Source of the DNA: the human T2T-CHM13v2.0 reference genome, Homo sapiens
Assembly (NCBI RefSeq): GCF_009914755.1
Contig: NC_060939.1
Length of the DNA: 64,000 nt
Reading direction: 5' to 3' (one strand)
The notes beneath the pieces are model-generated. The model had not been told where the DNA came from. It saw only the letters and a program-made list of their open reading frames with translations, and did not search any database. Each line of letters opens with the position of its first letter. The first letter of the stretch is position 1. Below, one piece after another: positions 14,943-29,537 of this stretch. The position numbers and the translations under genes are program-made.

Positions 14943-15883
14943 GTATGTTGTAAGTGTTGTCCTCTATGGGAAGTGATAAAGTTATCCCTAACATCTCACG
15001 GTGACCAAGGAAGGCTTTGGATGTGTTCTGTAATGATAAAGAGCTATTCTGTTGGCATTTGCCTTGGTAAGAGGTGGCCCTATTTTTAGAACACATTTGG
15101 CTTGAGCTGTGGTACTGTTTGGTGTGTTTTACACCTGGTATTGGGAACCATTTTGTGAACACTAGTAATTTCTAAGAGGAAGAATAAAAAAGATATCAGA
15201 GGGAAAGGAAGATGTTAAATGATCATGGTCTTAGGTCTTGGTGTTGATAAATATTTGTCACTTTTTGTGGTACTCAGAGATGATAACAGTCCTGCATTAT
15301 TAGCCCCATTCACTTTGAGCACTACTCTGTTTTGGGGCAAAGGGTAAAGTTGAAAGAGAAGCCTCACTTGGGTGATTAGGTTCCAGGCAACTAAATTTCT
15401 ATTAAGATGAAAGGGTCTCTTTAGTAATATTAGGATCCTGGTTACTTTATTGCCATTGCCAGCCAAAATTCCTTGTCTCTACCTGTTGCCAAACTCACTC
15501 TGGAGGACTCATCTTTCCTGGTTCCCATGCTGCCTTTAGGGCTTCATTTTCTGCGCTAAGTAGCAGTTAATTAGGTGAACAGAATCAAGATGCATTTCTG
15601 CCTTAGGAGAAGAATTAACTTGGGGAGCATTTCTATAAAATAATTAAATGGAACTTTAAAAAATGGTGGAAAGAGCCTTTTGGTTGGATTTTAGTTGAGA
15701 TTTTTCTTGTTGGGTTAGGTCAATAATTTGAAGAACTGATATTTCTTTCATCTTTTTGATAAAAGTAGAGTGCTGAATTTAGACTACAAATCCCTAAGAT
15801 GGTTATATGATATGACAGAGAGAAAGAGAGGTGTTAACACTAGATCTAAATGAATTTTTCTTTTTTTAATTTTTGTTTTTCAG

Positions 15884-17160
15884 AAAATGACGACTTATTT
15901 ATGATGCCACGAATTGTTAATGTGACATCATTGGCCACAGAGGGAGGTTTGGTAGATATGGGTGGCAGCAAATATCCTCATGAAGTTCCTGATAGCAAGC
16001 CATCTGACCATCTGAAAGACACCGTCAGGAATGAAGATAATTCCTTAGAGGATAAGGGTAGAATCTCTTCCAGAGGAAACAGAGATGGCAGAGTGACGTT
16101 GGGTCCAACGCAGGTTTTTCTGGCAAACAAAGATTCTGGTTATCCACAAATAGTTGACGTTTCCAATATGCAGAAAGCACAAGAGTTCTTACCTAAAAAG
16201 ATTTCTGGTGATATGAGAGGGATTCAGTATAAATGGAAAGAGAGTGAATCAAGAGGGGAGAGAGTGAAGTCAAAGGATTCTTCATTTCATAAATTAAAGA
16301 TGAAAGATCTCAAGGACTCAAGCATAGAGATGGAACTGAGGAAAGTAACATCAGCTATAGAGGAAGCAGCTCTTGATTCCAGTGAACTGCTGACTAACAT
16401 GGAAGATGAGGATGATACTGATGAGACACTGACTTCACTGCTCAATGAAATTGCCTTTCTTAATCAACAACTAAATGATGACTCTGTTGGCCTGGCTGAA
16501 CTACCCAGCTCTATGGATACAGAGTTCCCAGGGGATGCTCGGCGGGCTTTTATTAGTAAGGTTCCTCCTGGAAGCAGAGCAACTTTCCAGGTTGAGCACT
16601 TGGGAACTGGTTTGAAAGAGTTGCCTGATGTTCAAGGGGAGAGTGACTCTATCAGTCCCCTCCTCTTGCACTTGGAAGACGATGACTTTTCTGAGAATGA
16701 AAAACAACTTGCAGAACCAGCCTCTGAGCCAGATGTCCTTAAGATTGTTATTGACTCTGAAATAAAGGATTCCCTCCTTTCCAACAAGAAAGCTATTGAT
16801 GGAGGGAAGAATACTTCTGGCCTCCCTGCAGAGCCCGAAAGTGTGTCCTCACCCCCCACCCTACACATGAAGACTGGCTTGGAGAACAGCAACAGCACAG
16901 ACACTTTGTGGAGGCCTATGCCAAAGTTGGCCCCTCTAGGTTTAAAAGTAGCTAATCCTTCCAGTGATGCAGATGGTCAGAGTCTCAAGGTGATGCCTTG
17001 TTTGGCACCTATAGCTGCCAAAGTTGGGTCAGTTGGACACAAAATGAACTTAACAGGGAATGACCAGGAAGGCCGGGAAAGCAAGGTGATGCCTACATTG
17101 GCACCTGTTGTGGCTAAATTGGGCAACTCGGGGGCCTCACCAAGTTCTGCAGGGAAATGA
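15884..17160 (+). CDS. MGA: MGA last coding exon (ENDDLFMMPR...PSSAGK*)
   Basis: Long pyrimidine tract plus cag| at 15881-15883; ORF 15850..17160 ends at TGA; recognisable MGA C-terminus. Confidence 0.97.
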
Positions 17161-19820
17161 ACTTACTTGTCCTTAAGCAGAAGCCAGGCTGTGAGGGGAA
17201 ATTGATCTCACCTCCTTTCTCTGCAGGCATCTGTTTGTTTGTGTCTTAGAACTTGGATCCTTGACTTCAATGATGCAGTGGATAATGATGGGAGAAAGGG
17301 GGTAGGGTGCTGACCCTGGTATAAGAAGTACTCTGAAATTCTGATCATGTTAAAATGTGTTACCTCACTTGTGGTGCTGGGTCCCCTCATCCTCTCTAAG
17401 AAGATGTGATCCATTACTGAACATGAGGTGCCCCTCTTACCCAAGGAATTTATAACATGACTCTGGCTCCACAGTGGTTTCTAGTTCTTCCCCCACAAGC
17501 GAAAGAGCTGTTTGCAACTTTGGAGTTGCTGTAGACTGAACTGTAGCTTGTAGCTGTTGAATTAAGTCCAAAATCTAAGGAATGCGATGGACTTGTGCAA
17601 AGGGATCCAGAAGAGACACTTTTTAGTTGATGTTTCAAGAATAGGGAGAGAGAGGATGGGTACCATGGAATACCAAAGTGAAGGACTTTGTGTCATTCAG
17701 TAAAATTTTCTTTTTTCATATCCTAAGTAGCTCCCATTCCCTCACCTTTTCAATCAGAATTAACAAATTCAAGCCTTCAGTAAAGTAGGGATGCTTTTAA
17801 CTTTTATTATTAATTATTTTGAGATCTTAAAAAAATAGTAGTTCTCCCTTATTATTTTTGTGGGCATTGAAAAGCTCATTTCACAGTACCAGAGATTTTT
17901 ACTGGGAGTATATATTTTGGAGGTAGGCATAGAGGGAGCCCTACCCCTTCCACAAATTACGTTACTCAAGAGACAGCTAAAATAAAATGCATTATCTCCC
18001 CAGACCAGAGACAGTGGCCAAAATAAAAAATCATGGGGCTGGAAATTTCCCAAATCAAACCAGCCTCCTGGTGCTTGAAGGTTTCATTCACTATTACCTG
18101 CACAGGATGTAAAGAAAAGTCACAGTAGGCACTCTTTACCAGGGAAATAAGGCAGTATTTGAATCACAAGATATATTTTTTATCTGCAACCATGGATCCA
18201 ATGATCTGTAGAGCTTTTTCACTCATTAACTGTCAGGATATGAAGGACTGACAGTCTGTAAAGATATTTATATTTTTGTATAGTTGTTTTCATAGATTTC
18301 TCAAAGGCTGAAGTTTTCAACCTAGAAGATGAGATTTGTATTGAGTATAGAAATGATGTTTCCTATCTAGTTTGTAAATAATCATGGTGCACTTGAGGGG
18401 TCTCTTGGAAACTCCTAGGGGGTCAAGAATCACTATTCTGAAACTGTATAGACTGGGATTTAGCTGCTGCATTTTGCCTTTCTTAAATAATTATATTTTG
18501 GAATGTAACCCCTGTTCTGTCTTCATTGACAGGATTTGCTTGTGTTGTTAAAACACTAACACAAGAGCTTCCAGTGCCTGGGCCGTGCCTAGGTGATGCT
18601 ATTTCTTCTATATCTCCTGTCTTCTTTATCCCAAATCCCACTCAGCATATCTTCAGACCTAGGTTGTAAGACCAACTTTGGATTGGATCTAGCCAGTGAA
18701 TTATTATTTCCATGGTTGGTTCCCTTTCTGTTAACTCTGGTAATCAACAGATTGAAAACGGTGGAAGAACTTCTTCTGAAAATTGCAGTGGGAGCAAATT
18801 CTTGTTGGTTTTGTGCTGCTTGCCTTTCTAGATCTGCTCATCAGCACTTAACCTTCCCTCCTCTAAAGGTTACTAAAGAAGCCTGAAGTAGGTAAAGAGT
18901 GCTCCTCAGCTTCTTATCCTTCCACTCTTTACCCAGCAGATTTCATTCAATGCCTTAGCCAAGGAGTCCAGCACCTGTCTCCCCTGCTAATAATTGTCCT
19001 TAGAGATGCTAGTACTTTAATCCAGGTATAGCAGTTTCCCGTTATTTTCTTGCTTGTCGTTCCCCTACATTTCCTCCTGATTTCCCAAGACTCTCTTTGT
19101 GGCTTTTGAGGGTCAGCCAAGGAGCAGGCAAGTGAGTGAACAATCCTCAGGAAAAGAAGGACCATTTTAGCTTAACACTTCCTTTTTTTTTTTTTTTTTT
19201 TAAGAAGAATATAGGTAAACAGGTAATGATTCTTGATTGGAGATACCATTTGACTCTTGATGAGAGTTGTACGAAGATGGAAATGAGGGATGATTCCAGG
19301 CGTTTTAGGGGGAAGGCTGCAGATACCATTCTAACCCCCAAGATACTGTGTTCTCAAGACCTCTTAGAACTAGGTGTTGTCAGGGATAATTTGAGGAGGG
19401 CTTAGTCTTCAGAACAATCCTGCAGTCTTGACAGAAATCTAAAATCTCCAAAAACTCCTACCCTTTAACCTTACCCTAGGGGGAACTGATCTATGAATAT
19501 TACATGTGTGATTATGAAAGGTGAAGTTGAGTGAGAGGAGTTGAGGAACGTGGAAGACAGTGAGCTCTCACCCTAACACTATAAGAAGCATGATCTCAAT
19601 AGACCAATAATTCACCTTTTTATACATCTGTAAATAAATGGAATGTTTTTAAGAATATAATTATGTCAGATTTAGCATTTTCTTTTATATATTAAATATA
19701 TATATCTTTCCTTTTCTGCTTTCGAAAAGTGACTATTTTTTTAGAAATCTAAGAACAGAAGTTTGGTGATTGAAAGGTAGAATATATAAACCTGAAATAA
19801 AGCAGTTAAAACAATTAAAG
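17161..19820 (+). other. MGA: MGA 3'UTR (end approximate)
   Basis: Repeat-free sequence after the stop, ending in a cluster of poly(A) signals. Confidence 0.75.
19633..19801 (+). terminator. MGA distal polyadenylation signals
   Basis: AATAAA at 19633-19638, ATTAAA at 19691-19696, AATAAA at 19796-19801 followed by GU-rich ttggtgttggg. Confidence 0.7.
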
Positions 19821-20624
19821 CAGAACTTGGTGTTGGGAGGTTTGTGCCAACTTGGAGTGGAGAATTCTAATTCCCTAAGACATATTTGAGAGAGGTGCCA
19901 CTGAAGTGGTTTTATCATAGGAATCCTTTCCTTTTCTCTAAGTTTCTGATATGCCATTTGGGGGAGGTTTTCGATGTTCTAATCCTTGTAGCATGTTTTA
20001 CATGGAGGCTTCAAAATTGTGTGCAACCTGATGGCAAGTATTTGTTTTAGAAGTCATTCTAAAATCATTCTGGTGTCAGTATGAGCAAGGCAGTTCACCT
20101 GTTAACCTTGGGGAGTAAAGGTACACAAACACAGTCTTTTAGTGGTAAAGGACAGTAGGTGTTCTTAAGGGAAGATATGTTAAAGAGTTTGACAGTTAAC
20201 AAAAACGTTTAAAGGAATCCTTTAGACATCCAACTACTCCTATCTATTAAGGTCACTAACAGATCAAGTCCAGTTATATAAGCTTCATACAAATTGTTCA
20301 CTTTGTGTGATTTTATAGTACATACAATAGTTTTTTCGTGGAATTACAGATGAAATACCTGATGCTAGGCTCTTCTATAACAAGTTTGAAAATGTTTTGA
20401 ACACACAAGAAAGGCAGACAATCCATATGTTATTTTTGGTTTAGTGGTTTAGATAATTTTTTTTCTAACTATACTGGTTGAGATATTTGAAATCAAATAG
20501 GGTGATGCACTTTAAAAACGGGTCTAGAAAATAGTGACAGCCCTTGTCCCTCACTCCAGAATTAAACAACAACAAACCATACACAGCACATTTTCCAGGT
20601 ACTTTTATAGAGAATGACTGATAA

Positions 20625-21039
<415 letters not shown>

Positions 21040-21742
21040 TTACATGGACACAAATATCTAGGTGCAGGGAAAATTAAAGCTGAGATATTCAGACTCACTG
21101 CCAGTTGGAGGAAAAAAATCAGTTATAACGCATTTTTTGGAATAGAGGGAAATAATTTGATAAGTACAACTTTTTGTTTGAGGTGTAGCTAATGTTAGAC
21201 ATGACTGAGCTGTTCTACACATAAGTGTTGAATAGTGATGGTGGTGCATTAAGAGGATGGGAAGACTATGGGATGAGTTGGAAATTTTGAGACAAATCTA
21301 AACTCTACTAATTTCTATTGTTGTAAACTCTGCTGGTAGAAAAGATATTAAGTAGGAAAGCAGTCTTGGAAGCATGGTTTTGAGATCCATTGTGTTTCCA
21401 ACTGCAATCATTGATCTCAGCTGTTGCACAGTGCCTTTGCATGTAAAGGTGCTCAATAAATATTTGAATTGATGAGCAAATGTTTAGACTGTTTCCCAGG
21501 AACTTATACCTTATTTGCATGTTATGCCTAGGGTGAATTTTAAAATTTGATCTAATGAGTATAGTGCTAAACAGACAACTATATAACGTCTATTCCCCAG
21601 ACATCTAGAATTTCAGAAGCTGGCAAACACTATGTATAGATGTTTAGGACATATAAAAGTAGAATAAAGTGTTAAATAGTGTATGGATGATGAAATACTT
21701 ATGAAGAGTTAACTGCATTTTGGAGGATTGGGATGGCAAGTA

Positions 21743-22044
21743 GAGTCATGCGTCACTTAATGATGGGGATACGTTCTGAGAAATGCACCTTGGGTGGTTT
21801 TGTTCTGCAAACATCATAGAGTGTACTGTACTTAAACAAACCTAGATGGTGTTGCTTAACCACACACCTAGGCTGTGTTGCTCCTAGGCTACAACTCTGT
21901 ACAGCATGTTAACTGCACTGAATATCATAGGCAGTTGTAACACGTGGTGTTTGTGTGTCTACACATAGGAAAGGTATGGTAAAAATATGATATTATAATT
22001 TAATGGGATCATGTGGTCATTGAAATGTATACAGTGCATGACTG
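21743..22044 (+). mobile_element. Tigger3a/MER7-like MITE
   Basis: TA-flanked termini agtcatgcg...gcatgactg; internal ggggatacgttctgagaaatg. Confidence 0.8.
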
Positions 22045-22228
22045 TAAATCTGAGTGGAGAAAAGTGAATAATGCTTCTGTTCACATTAGACCTGGGACTG
22101 TTATTTTCTGAGGAATTAATGAAGAATGGGAATAGCCTATATAGCTTATTCCTATATTGGTATCTCAAAGGCAGTGTAGTACCTAGACAATAAAAGTTGG
22201 ACTGAATTGTGAAGAATTAAAAATATGT

Positions 22229-22500
22229 GGGCCGGGCATGGTGGCTCACGCCTGTAATCCTGGCACTTTGGGAGGCCAAGGCAGGCGGATCACGAGGTCA
22301 GGAGATCGAGACCTCCTGGCCAACATGGTGAAACCCCATCTTTACTAAAAATACAAAAATTAACTGGGTGTGGTGGCGCGTGCCTGTAATCCCAGCTACT
22401 CGGGAGGCTGAGGCAAGAGAATGGCTTGAAACCAGGAGTCGGAGGTTGCAGTGAGCTGAGATCGCCACTGCAGTCCAGTCTGGGGACAGAGCAAGACTCT

Positions 22501-22532
<32 letters not shown>
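22229..22532 (+). mobile_element. Alu
   Basis: Full Alu with a long A-tail. Confidence 0.92.
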
Positions 22533-22534
<2 letters not shown>

Positions 22535-23169
22535 GTGGCTTTGGCCTAAGACTGGAAGTACCCAGATTCCAGACTTAAGAAATCCTCATTAAAATGCTTT
22601 CAGTTGTTTTTCATGAAAGAAATGACCAGTGATACTTTGTAAACCATTTATCTGGCCATGAGTGATCAGGTGAGAAAACCGTTAGCGGACACCAGAATGA
22701 TCTGGAGAGGATTAGGGACGGCTCTTGTGGGCACATTTTTACTCTAGTTTCATGGGTGGAGATGGCATCTGCCGTGGTCTGCAGCATGCAAGTAAAGACA
22801 CCAGGTGGCACCATTTATTAGCTTTCAATCCCATGGAGAGGTCCCATCATGTAACTACCAAGAGGTTGAAGGAACCAACTACCTCTTGCATATTGTAGCT
22901 AATGGTTCTTGCCTTCTTCTTCCAGACTTGGGAAATACATTTGAAAATCGTATTTTCTGTTTCATAATATTTGCAGTGCATGGTTGAAGGGAAGAAGGCC
23001 ACGTGCTATTGCCAGTTGGTCTCCAGGAGGTGACATCCATCATCTCCATGTCAACTTGTGAGCTTTACAAATCTAATTTTCAGTACGTGGCTACAGTATA
23101 CACAAGCAAATATGTGCTTTGCCACTTGGCTCTAAAGGCTCACCGTTGTACACAAGCAATGAGTTTAGG

Positions 23170-23441
23170 GGTTCTTCCCTCTTGTTATCACATGTCATCT
23201 CCACAGGGTTTCAAAAGATCTGGATAGGGTGAGACAGACACACCAGTGTAGTACTCCCTTGGGTCCCTTGTCTTTGGCTTAGGCTTTTTCATAAGGTATA
23301 ATAATTTGTTAGAGGTTCTTCCCTCTTGCAGACACATGTCATCTCCACAGGGATTCAAAAGATCTGGATAGGGTGAGACGGACACACCAGTGTACTATTC
23401 CCTTGGGACCCAAGTCTCTGGCTTAGGCTTTTTCATAAGGT
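23170..23441. repeat. Tandem direct duplication, two 128-bp copies, period 144 bp
   Basis: 23170-23297 versus 23314-23441: 12 mismatches and no indels by manual alignment. Confidence 0.9.
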
Positions 23442-24149
23442 GATTTCTTGTGGTAGTAGTCAAGTGGAGAATACTCAGGAAATACTATTTCATGTAACAT
23501 TTCCGTGTATTCCCTCTGCCTCCCCCGACATGAGTTAGAAAACTACCCCTCGATCTAGTATCAGCAAGCTCGACAGTGACCTCAGCAAGGAACAGCCCTA
23601 GATAAAAGGATTCATAAGTAAATGGAATGAGGAAAAGATCTGGAGCAACAAAGTCCTGGTCAGCTTTAGGTGAGGAAGCACAATGGGATGTTGGAGGCTA
23701 AAGAAGCCATGAAACCTAAAGTATTATAACATAGCATATTCACTTCTCTTTCCCCCGCACGCCCAAAGCTCTGTTCAAGGCCACCCTTTCCCCTTTCATG
23801 ATGACCAGGTTGCCCAGTGCAAAAATACTGTTCTTAGCTATTAAATTGCATTACTCAGAATAATCCTTTCCACGCTGAGTCTACGTGCCGGACTGGCTGC
23901 GAGCAGAAACTACTTCAGTCGCTTTAAATCTCAACACTTGTGGTCGCTGGGAGCAGAGCTTTTAGGCTGTAGCTCAGTCTTGTAATTCTGAGCTAGGAGT
24001 TTCAGCTACGGTCCCTCGGGCCTATCAGATGACAACCTTAACACCCTGGAGGCGTGGTTATCGTCTTGGGGCTCTGGGAAGTGCAGTTCCATGGGGGACC
24101 AGGCCTGATAATACCATAAAAGGCTTGGTTCTCTCAATTCTGAAGCCAT

Positions 24150-24900
24150 GTTCTGTTGACCTTCCTCTAAAAGCGGTACCCGCAATTGTGCGGATTCCGT
24201 GGTTCCCTAGTCCCAAGCCGTCTGCTTCCTGGGCCCTTTCATTGGCTCCGCCCCCGTAAACCTTGCTCGTCCACTCTGGAAGCGCTCTCCTGACTACAGG
24301 CCGCGCCCCTCGCGTCGGCTCCGCCCACCCAGCCCGCGGCTTGGCCCAGGCGGTAGTTCGCGTTTTGAGCCGATCGTGCCACCATAGCTCCTGCTGCTGC
24401 CTCTACCGCTGCGGCTACCGCGGCGGAGCTGAAATTGCCGAACGCGATGCCCGAGGGCGCTGTGAGCGGGGTGGCCTTAGCTCGCCGAGGCTGGTGAGGC
24501 TGGGCCCGAACGGGGGCGCTGACGAGTAGCAGGGGCCTCAGAGGCGGGTGAAAGATAAAGGTCCAGAGCCGCTGTGGAGGGCGGAGAGCGAGCTCTGGAG
24601 GATAGGGAGTGGGGGAGGGAGGCTCCCGTGGCAGAACGAGTTGTGGGCTACGGCGAGCCCCGCCGCGTCCCCGCCGGCGCTAGCGCAGGTGTCCAGGCCT
24701 GCGGAAATCCCTGGTGGTCTCGGCGGCCTCCTCCCTTGGACACTACAGTTGCCATGGGAACAGTTGGGCATTAACGGGAACCAGATCGTCCACGAGACCA
24801 ACTGGGGCCCATCCCATCCATCTCGCCAGTTAAACGCCTCTGGCGGGCGTGGGCCTGGCATTTCTTCGTGGCTTAGGATTTTCCCCCCCTTTTTCGTGAG
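24150..24900. promoter_or_regulatory. CpG island promoter of MAPKBP1
   Basis: Sharp rise in GC and CpG; inverted CCAAT box ATTGG at 24241-24245; GC boxes CTCCGCCC at ~24246 and ~24319; no TATA box seen. Confidence 0.9.
24360..24493 (+). other. MAPKBP1: MAPKBP1 non-coding exon 1 (TSS approximate)
   Basis: Lies downstream of the GC and CCAAT boxes; donor CTG|GTGAGG at 24494. Confidence 0.7.
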
Positions 24901-25158
24901 CCTTTCCTTCCGACGTTGTAAGAAACTGTGCAGGGCTAGAAGGTGGGGATGAGGGAAATGGTGAGAGCAATACCCAGAGGTAAAAGCTGCAGACTTCGCT
25001 AGGCAGAAGGTAAGACACTGTGATACTAAGGTGGCTTCTGCCATCTCAGGTCAGTGAGAGGGCATACTGGGAAGCCCTCTGGAGTGGGAAGACAGTGCCG
25101 CTGTTGAGACAAGACCCAGGACTGGGCCGGGGACTGTCCCAAAGGGTTTCTCGTCATA

Positions 25159-25272
25159 ATGGCTGTGGAAGGGTCAACCATTACCAGCCGGATCAAGAAT
25201 CTGTTGAGATCTCCATCCATCAAACTGCGCAGGAGTAAGGCAGGAAACCGACGAGAGGACCTCAGCTCCAAG
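25159..25272 (+). CDS. MAPKBP1: MAPKBP1 first coding exon (exon starts ~25050): [38 protein letters not shown]
   Basis: ATG in strong context (ataATGg); donor AAG|gtgagt; acceptor ccatctcag| at 25049; recognised N-terminus. Confidence 0.93.
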
Positions 25273-26719
25273 GTGAGTCCTGTTGGGATCCACCTCTTTC
25301 CAAACCCACCCTCTCCTGCTCCATGTTCCTCGTTAACCTTCCTGTTTCTTGGGAAAGATAACTAGAAGCCCTTGTTGACTCTAAAGGATCACATATGATC
25401 TCTGCAGGCAATGATTTGGTTTTAGGTTGAAGGAAAAAGAGCAGCAGGGGTGGGCATGCTGAGATTCATCCATGAGAAAAGGTGAATAGTAGGAAGACCA
25501 CCTGGGTTCAATTGTGGCCTCACTATACACTAAGCATGTGCTTGGGAAGCCAGTTGATATGCTATGACTCAGTTTCCCTTCTTGGGAGAGGACAGTAGGA
25601 ACACATACCTTGTGAAGGGCTAAGCTGTGACTAATGTAGCTGCAGGTGTTAACGTAACAGCTGGGGTTATGTAAGACTGTAGTGGCAGAAAGAAATATGC
25701 TAAAACACCTAGTCAGAGTTACTGGCTTGGTAATTGCTCTTGCCTACGGTGAAAACAAATTTTTTTTGTCTCTTCAAGAGGCTAACTGGAGCCTTTTGGC
25801 TTCTTAGGAATAACATGCAAGAAGCCAGATATCTGTCAGCAAAACAGTTCTGGATGGCCCTTGAGCATTGCTTATCTCATTCACTATATGCCAAGAGCCA
25901 CATCCCACTCAGCTGCAGATGATCCTCAGAGGCAAAGTTCCTTTCCATCGCTTCACTTGTCTGTGTTTTGGTCCTTATGCTTTTTCAACTAAATAAACCC
26001 CACAACTTTGGGAATCCAGAAGTAGTCGACATTTATTTAATCCCTTGAGGGAATCCAGGGCTTTACTCCCACAGGATCAGATCAGATTTTGTGTCTTATT
26101 AGTAGCCTGTAAACCCAATAGGGTTGTGAGGTACAAGGTTGTTACAGGGAGAGGCATTTGAGACCACAGCATTGTATTGCTTTGCCTGTATCTCTTCAGT
26201 GATGAGTAAATCCCATGAGGAATGATTTAGAATGCCACTGTACAAATGGCAGGGTTCTGGGAGGACTTAGTTCAGCCCTGTGTTCCTTAGCAGAACTTTG
26301 AGTAGATTTGGTAAGAAGGTGAAGAGCTTTCCTGTATATTTCAGCAGAAGTTGTGTTGAATCACAGTTTGCTACAAGGTTTTGTGATGGTGGACATTGTG
26401 ACCCTTCCAAGGTCTCTTATTCATCATTGTTTCTATTCTCCTGAGGCAGGCAAAGAAGCCTGAAATGTAGAAATTGCCTTAGATATGACTCTGTTCATTC
26501 TTAATACTGCAAGTGCTCTTATTCTTGGCTGGTAGCTTGGCAGTGACCAGCACTGTTAGAGCAATCTTCTCCAATCTTTGGCCTCTTTTTCTGGCCAGGA
26601 ATGATATATGTAGTAGAAACATATAATGAGAGTTTAGCCTTCATTGTTAATTCTTACTGTAATTTTGGTCTGGAATCCAGAAAGTATAGTTGCCATTCTT
26701 TAAGACTTCCAATATCATC

Positions 26720-27330
<611 letters not shown>

Positions 27331-29018
27331 CCCTGGCAAGACCATTTACCATTCCCTGTTTAAAATAGGAATTCAGTGCTTCAGACTGCTTTAGATGGCT
27401 TTGTCTGTCCTGAAGCTGTGTATGAAAGAAATACTTAGCTGAAGTTGAATGACCCTTGAATGGTCTGGCAGCAAAATGACTGGTGCATATCTTTAGCACC
27501 CAAGAGGAGTAGCTGTCTTTGTGCGCCCAGGACCCTAGAGATGCCAGACTCCCCACACTCCTTAGTAAAAGGTCTCTACCTGAGATTATTCTAAAAGCCT
27601 GCCTTGTGATTACTCTAGTGTATTAAGCTCTGTGAGTTGCTCTAACATGTGGTGGCTGTGAGTAATCATGATAACAGGAAATTTGTGATTCATGGATAGC
27701 TAATTCTCAAATAAAATTTGAAGACAAAAAGGTACATGCCCCTTTTGGGGGGCAAAGAAGGAAATGTCAGAAAGCTTTTATGCAGCTCTTACTTCAGATG
27801 GCCTCCTGCTTTGAATTATACTGTTCTTTCTATCTAAAGTAGCCTTCTCCTTTACACCAAATTGTACACTTATTTTTAGGTCCAATTCTGTATTTATCAG
27901 AGCCACAGGGCTTTCTGTGACTAGTCCCCCACCTTGAAACCAATATCTTATTGTTATTTTATGTATGTCTTCATTTCCTAAGGATCGGGGTCATGCTCTT
28001 TATTTCCTTTACATCACACCGTTTAGGACAGTGTAAGATAGGCAGTAAGTACTAAAAAAAATAAATGAGACTAATTTAAAGATGTCAAATATAGTGCGGG
28101 ATAAACTTGGACATCCAGGTGAATAAAATAATCAGGAGGAATTTATGACCTCTTTAGAAGAGAGATCAAAACTACGATTAATAAAATGGTGACAAAGAAG
28201 TAGAGATGCAGCCTAATTAGGTGTGAAGAACATAAGAGAGAAGAAGTCCACGTATGCAGAAAGCAGTGCTCAGTAAAGGGTTCTTAATTCAGGGGAGACC
28301 TAGTTAAAAATATGGCTAAAAGCTGGTGTGAGAGAGCCAGTGGAGGTGGAGATTTAAGTTACATCAAAGAGTAGATGAGTGCTGAGATTTTTATTAAGCT
28401 TTTTCAGAGGGAGGGGAGTCTCTTCAGTGGAGTACATTGGAAAAGACTGATTTAAAGTTTTATGCTAAATCAGCTTAGTCTTGGTGAAGTGTGACTTGAA
28501 GTTATCAGTAAATACCCAAGTTCAAATCCTGTAGACTTGTCATTTCCTGCCTCTCATCTCTAAGTTGGGCTGTGTTTTCCTTAAGAAGCAAATGTATGTG
28601 TTCTTGATAGCTAACCCTCCTCCTCTGAAAGTTTCTGAAAGATTTTTATGTGGAGGGAGCTGGGCTTGTTTTCAAGGACAAAGGATAGAAATGGACCAAA
28701 GCCCAGCAGGCAAGATTTAAGTTAGGGTTACAAAAGGATTGTCTGTGCTGGAGGGTTGCTAGATTTTTAAAAAGTAACTGAAGGAGGTATTGAGATCGTC
28801 CTCCTCCTTAAGAGCCATTAATCTGATCTAGGTTATATTATTCCTTCTGGAAACAATGGGTAAGATGACTTTCTTCTAGTTGTGTTTTTTTAATTGTAAA
28901 TCTAATTCTTCTTTCTCTATTTGTTTCCCCAAGTTTTTTTCCTGTATAGTTGTGTGGTGGTACTTCGAGCCTTTTGAGAAGTGACTCTAAGAAGAGTTTG
29001 GTTGGGTGGGTTTCATGA

Positions 29019-29537
<519 letters not shown>

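Noticed and set aside
15850-15883. ATG start of the 436-aa ORF (MNFSFFNFCFS)
   Set aside because: This is the intronic pyrimidine tract; the exon starts at 15884.
24263-25044. Overlapping sense and antisense ORFs up to 168 aa at the promoter
   Set aside because: Expected in stop-poor CpG-island DNA; no recognisable protein features.
25007-25049. Strong donor AAG|GTAAGA 40 nt upstream of the MAPKBP1 exon 2 acceptor
   Set aside because: A 40-nt intron is too short for human splicing, and I cannot define an exon that uses this donor.
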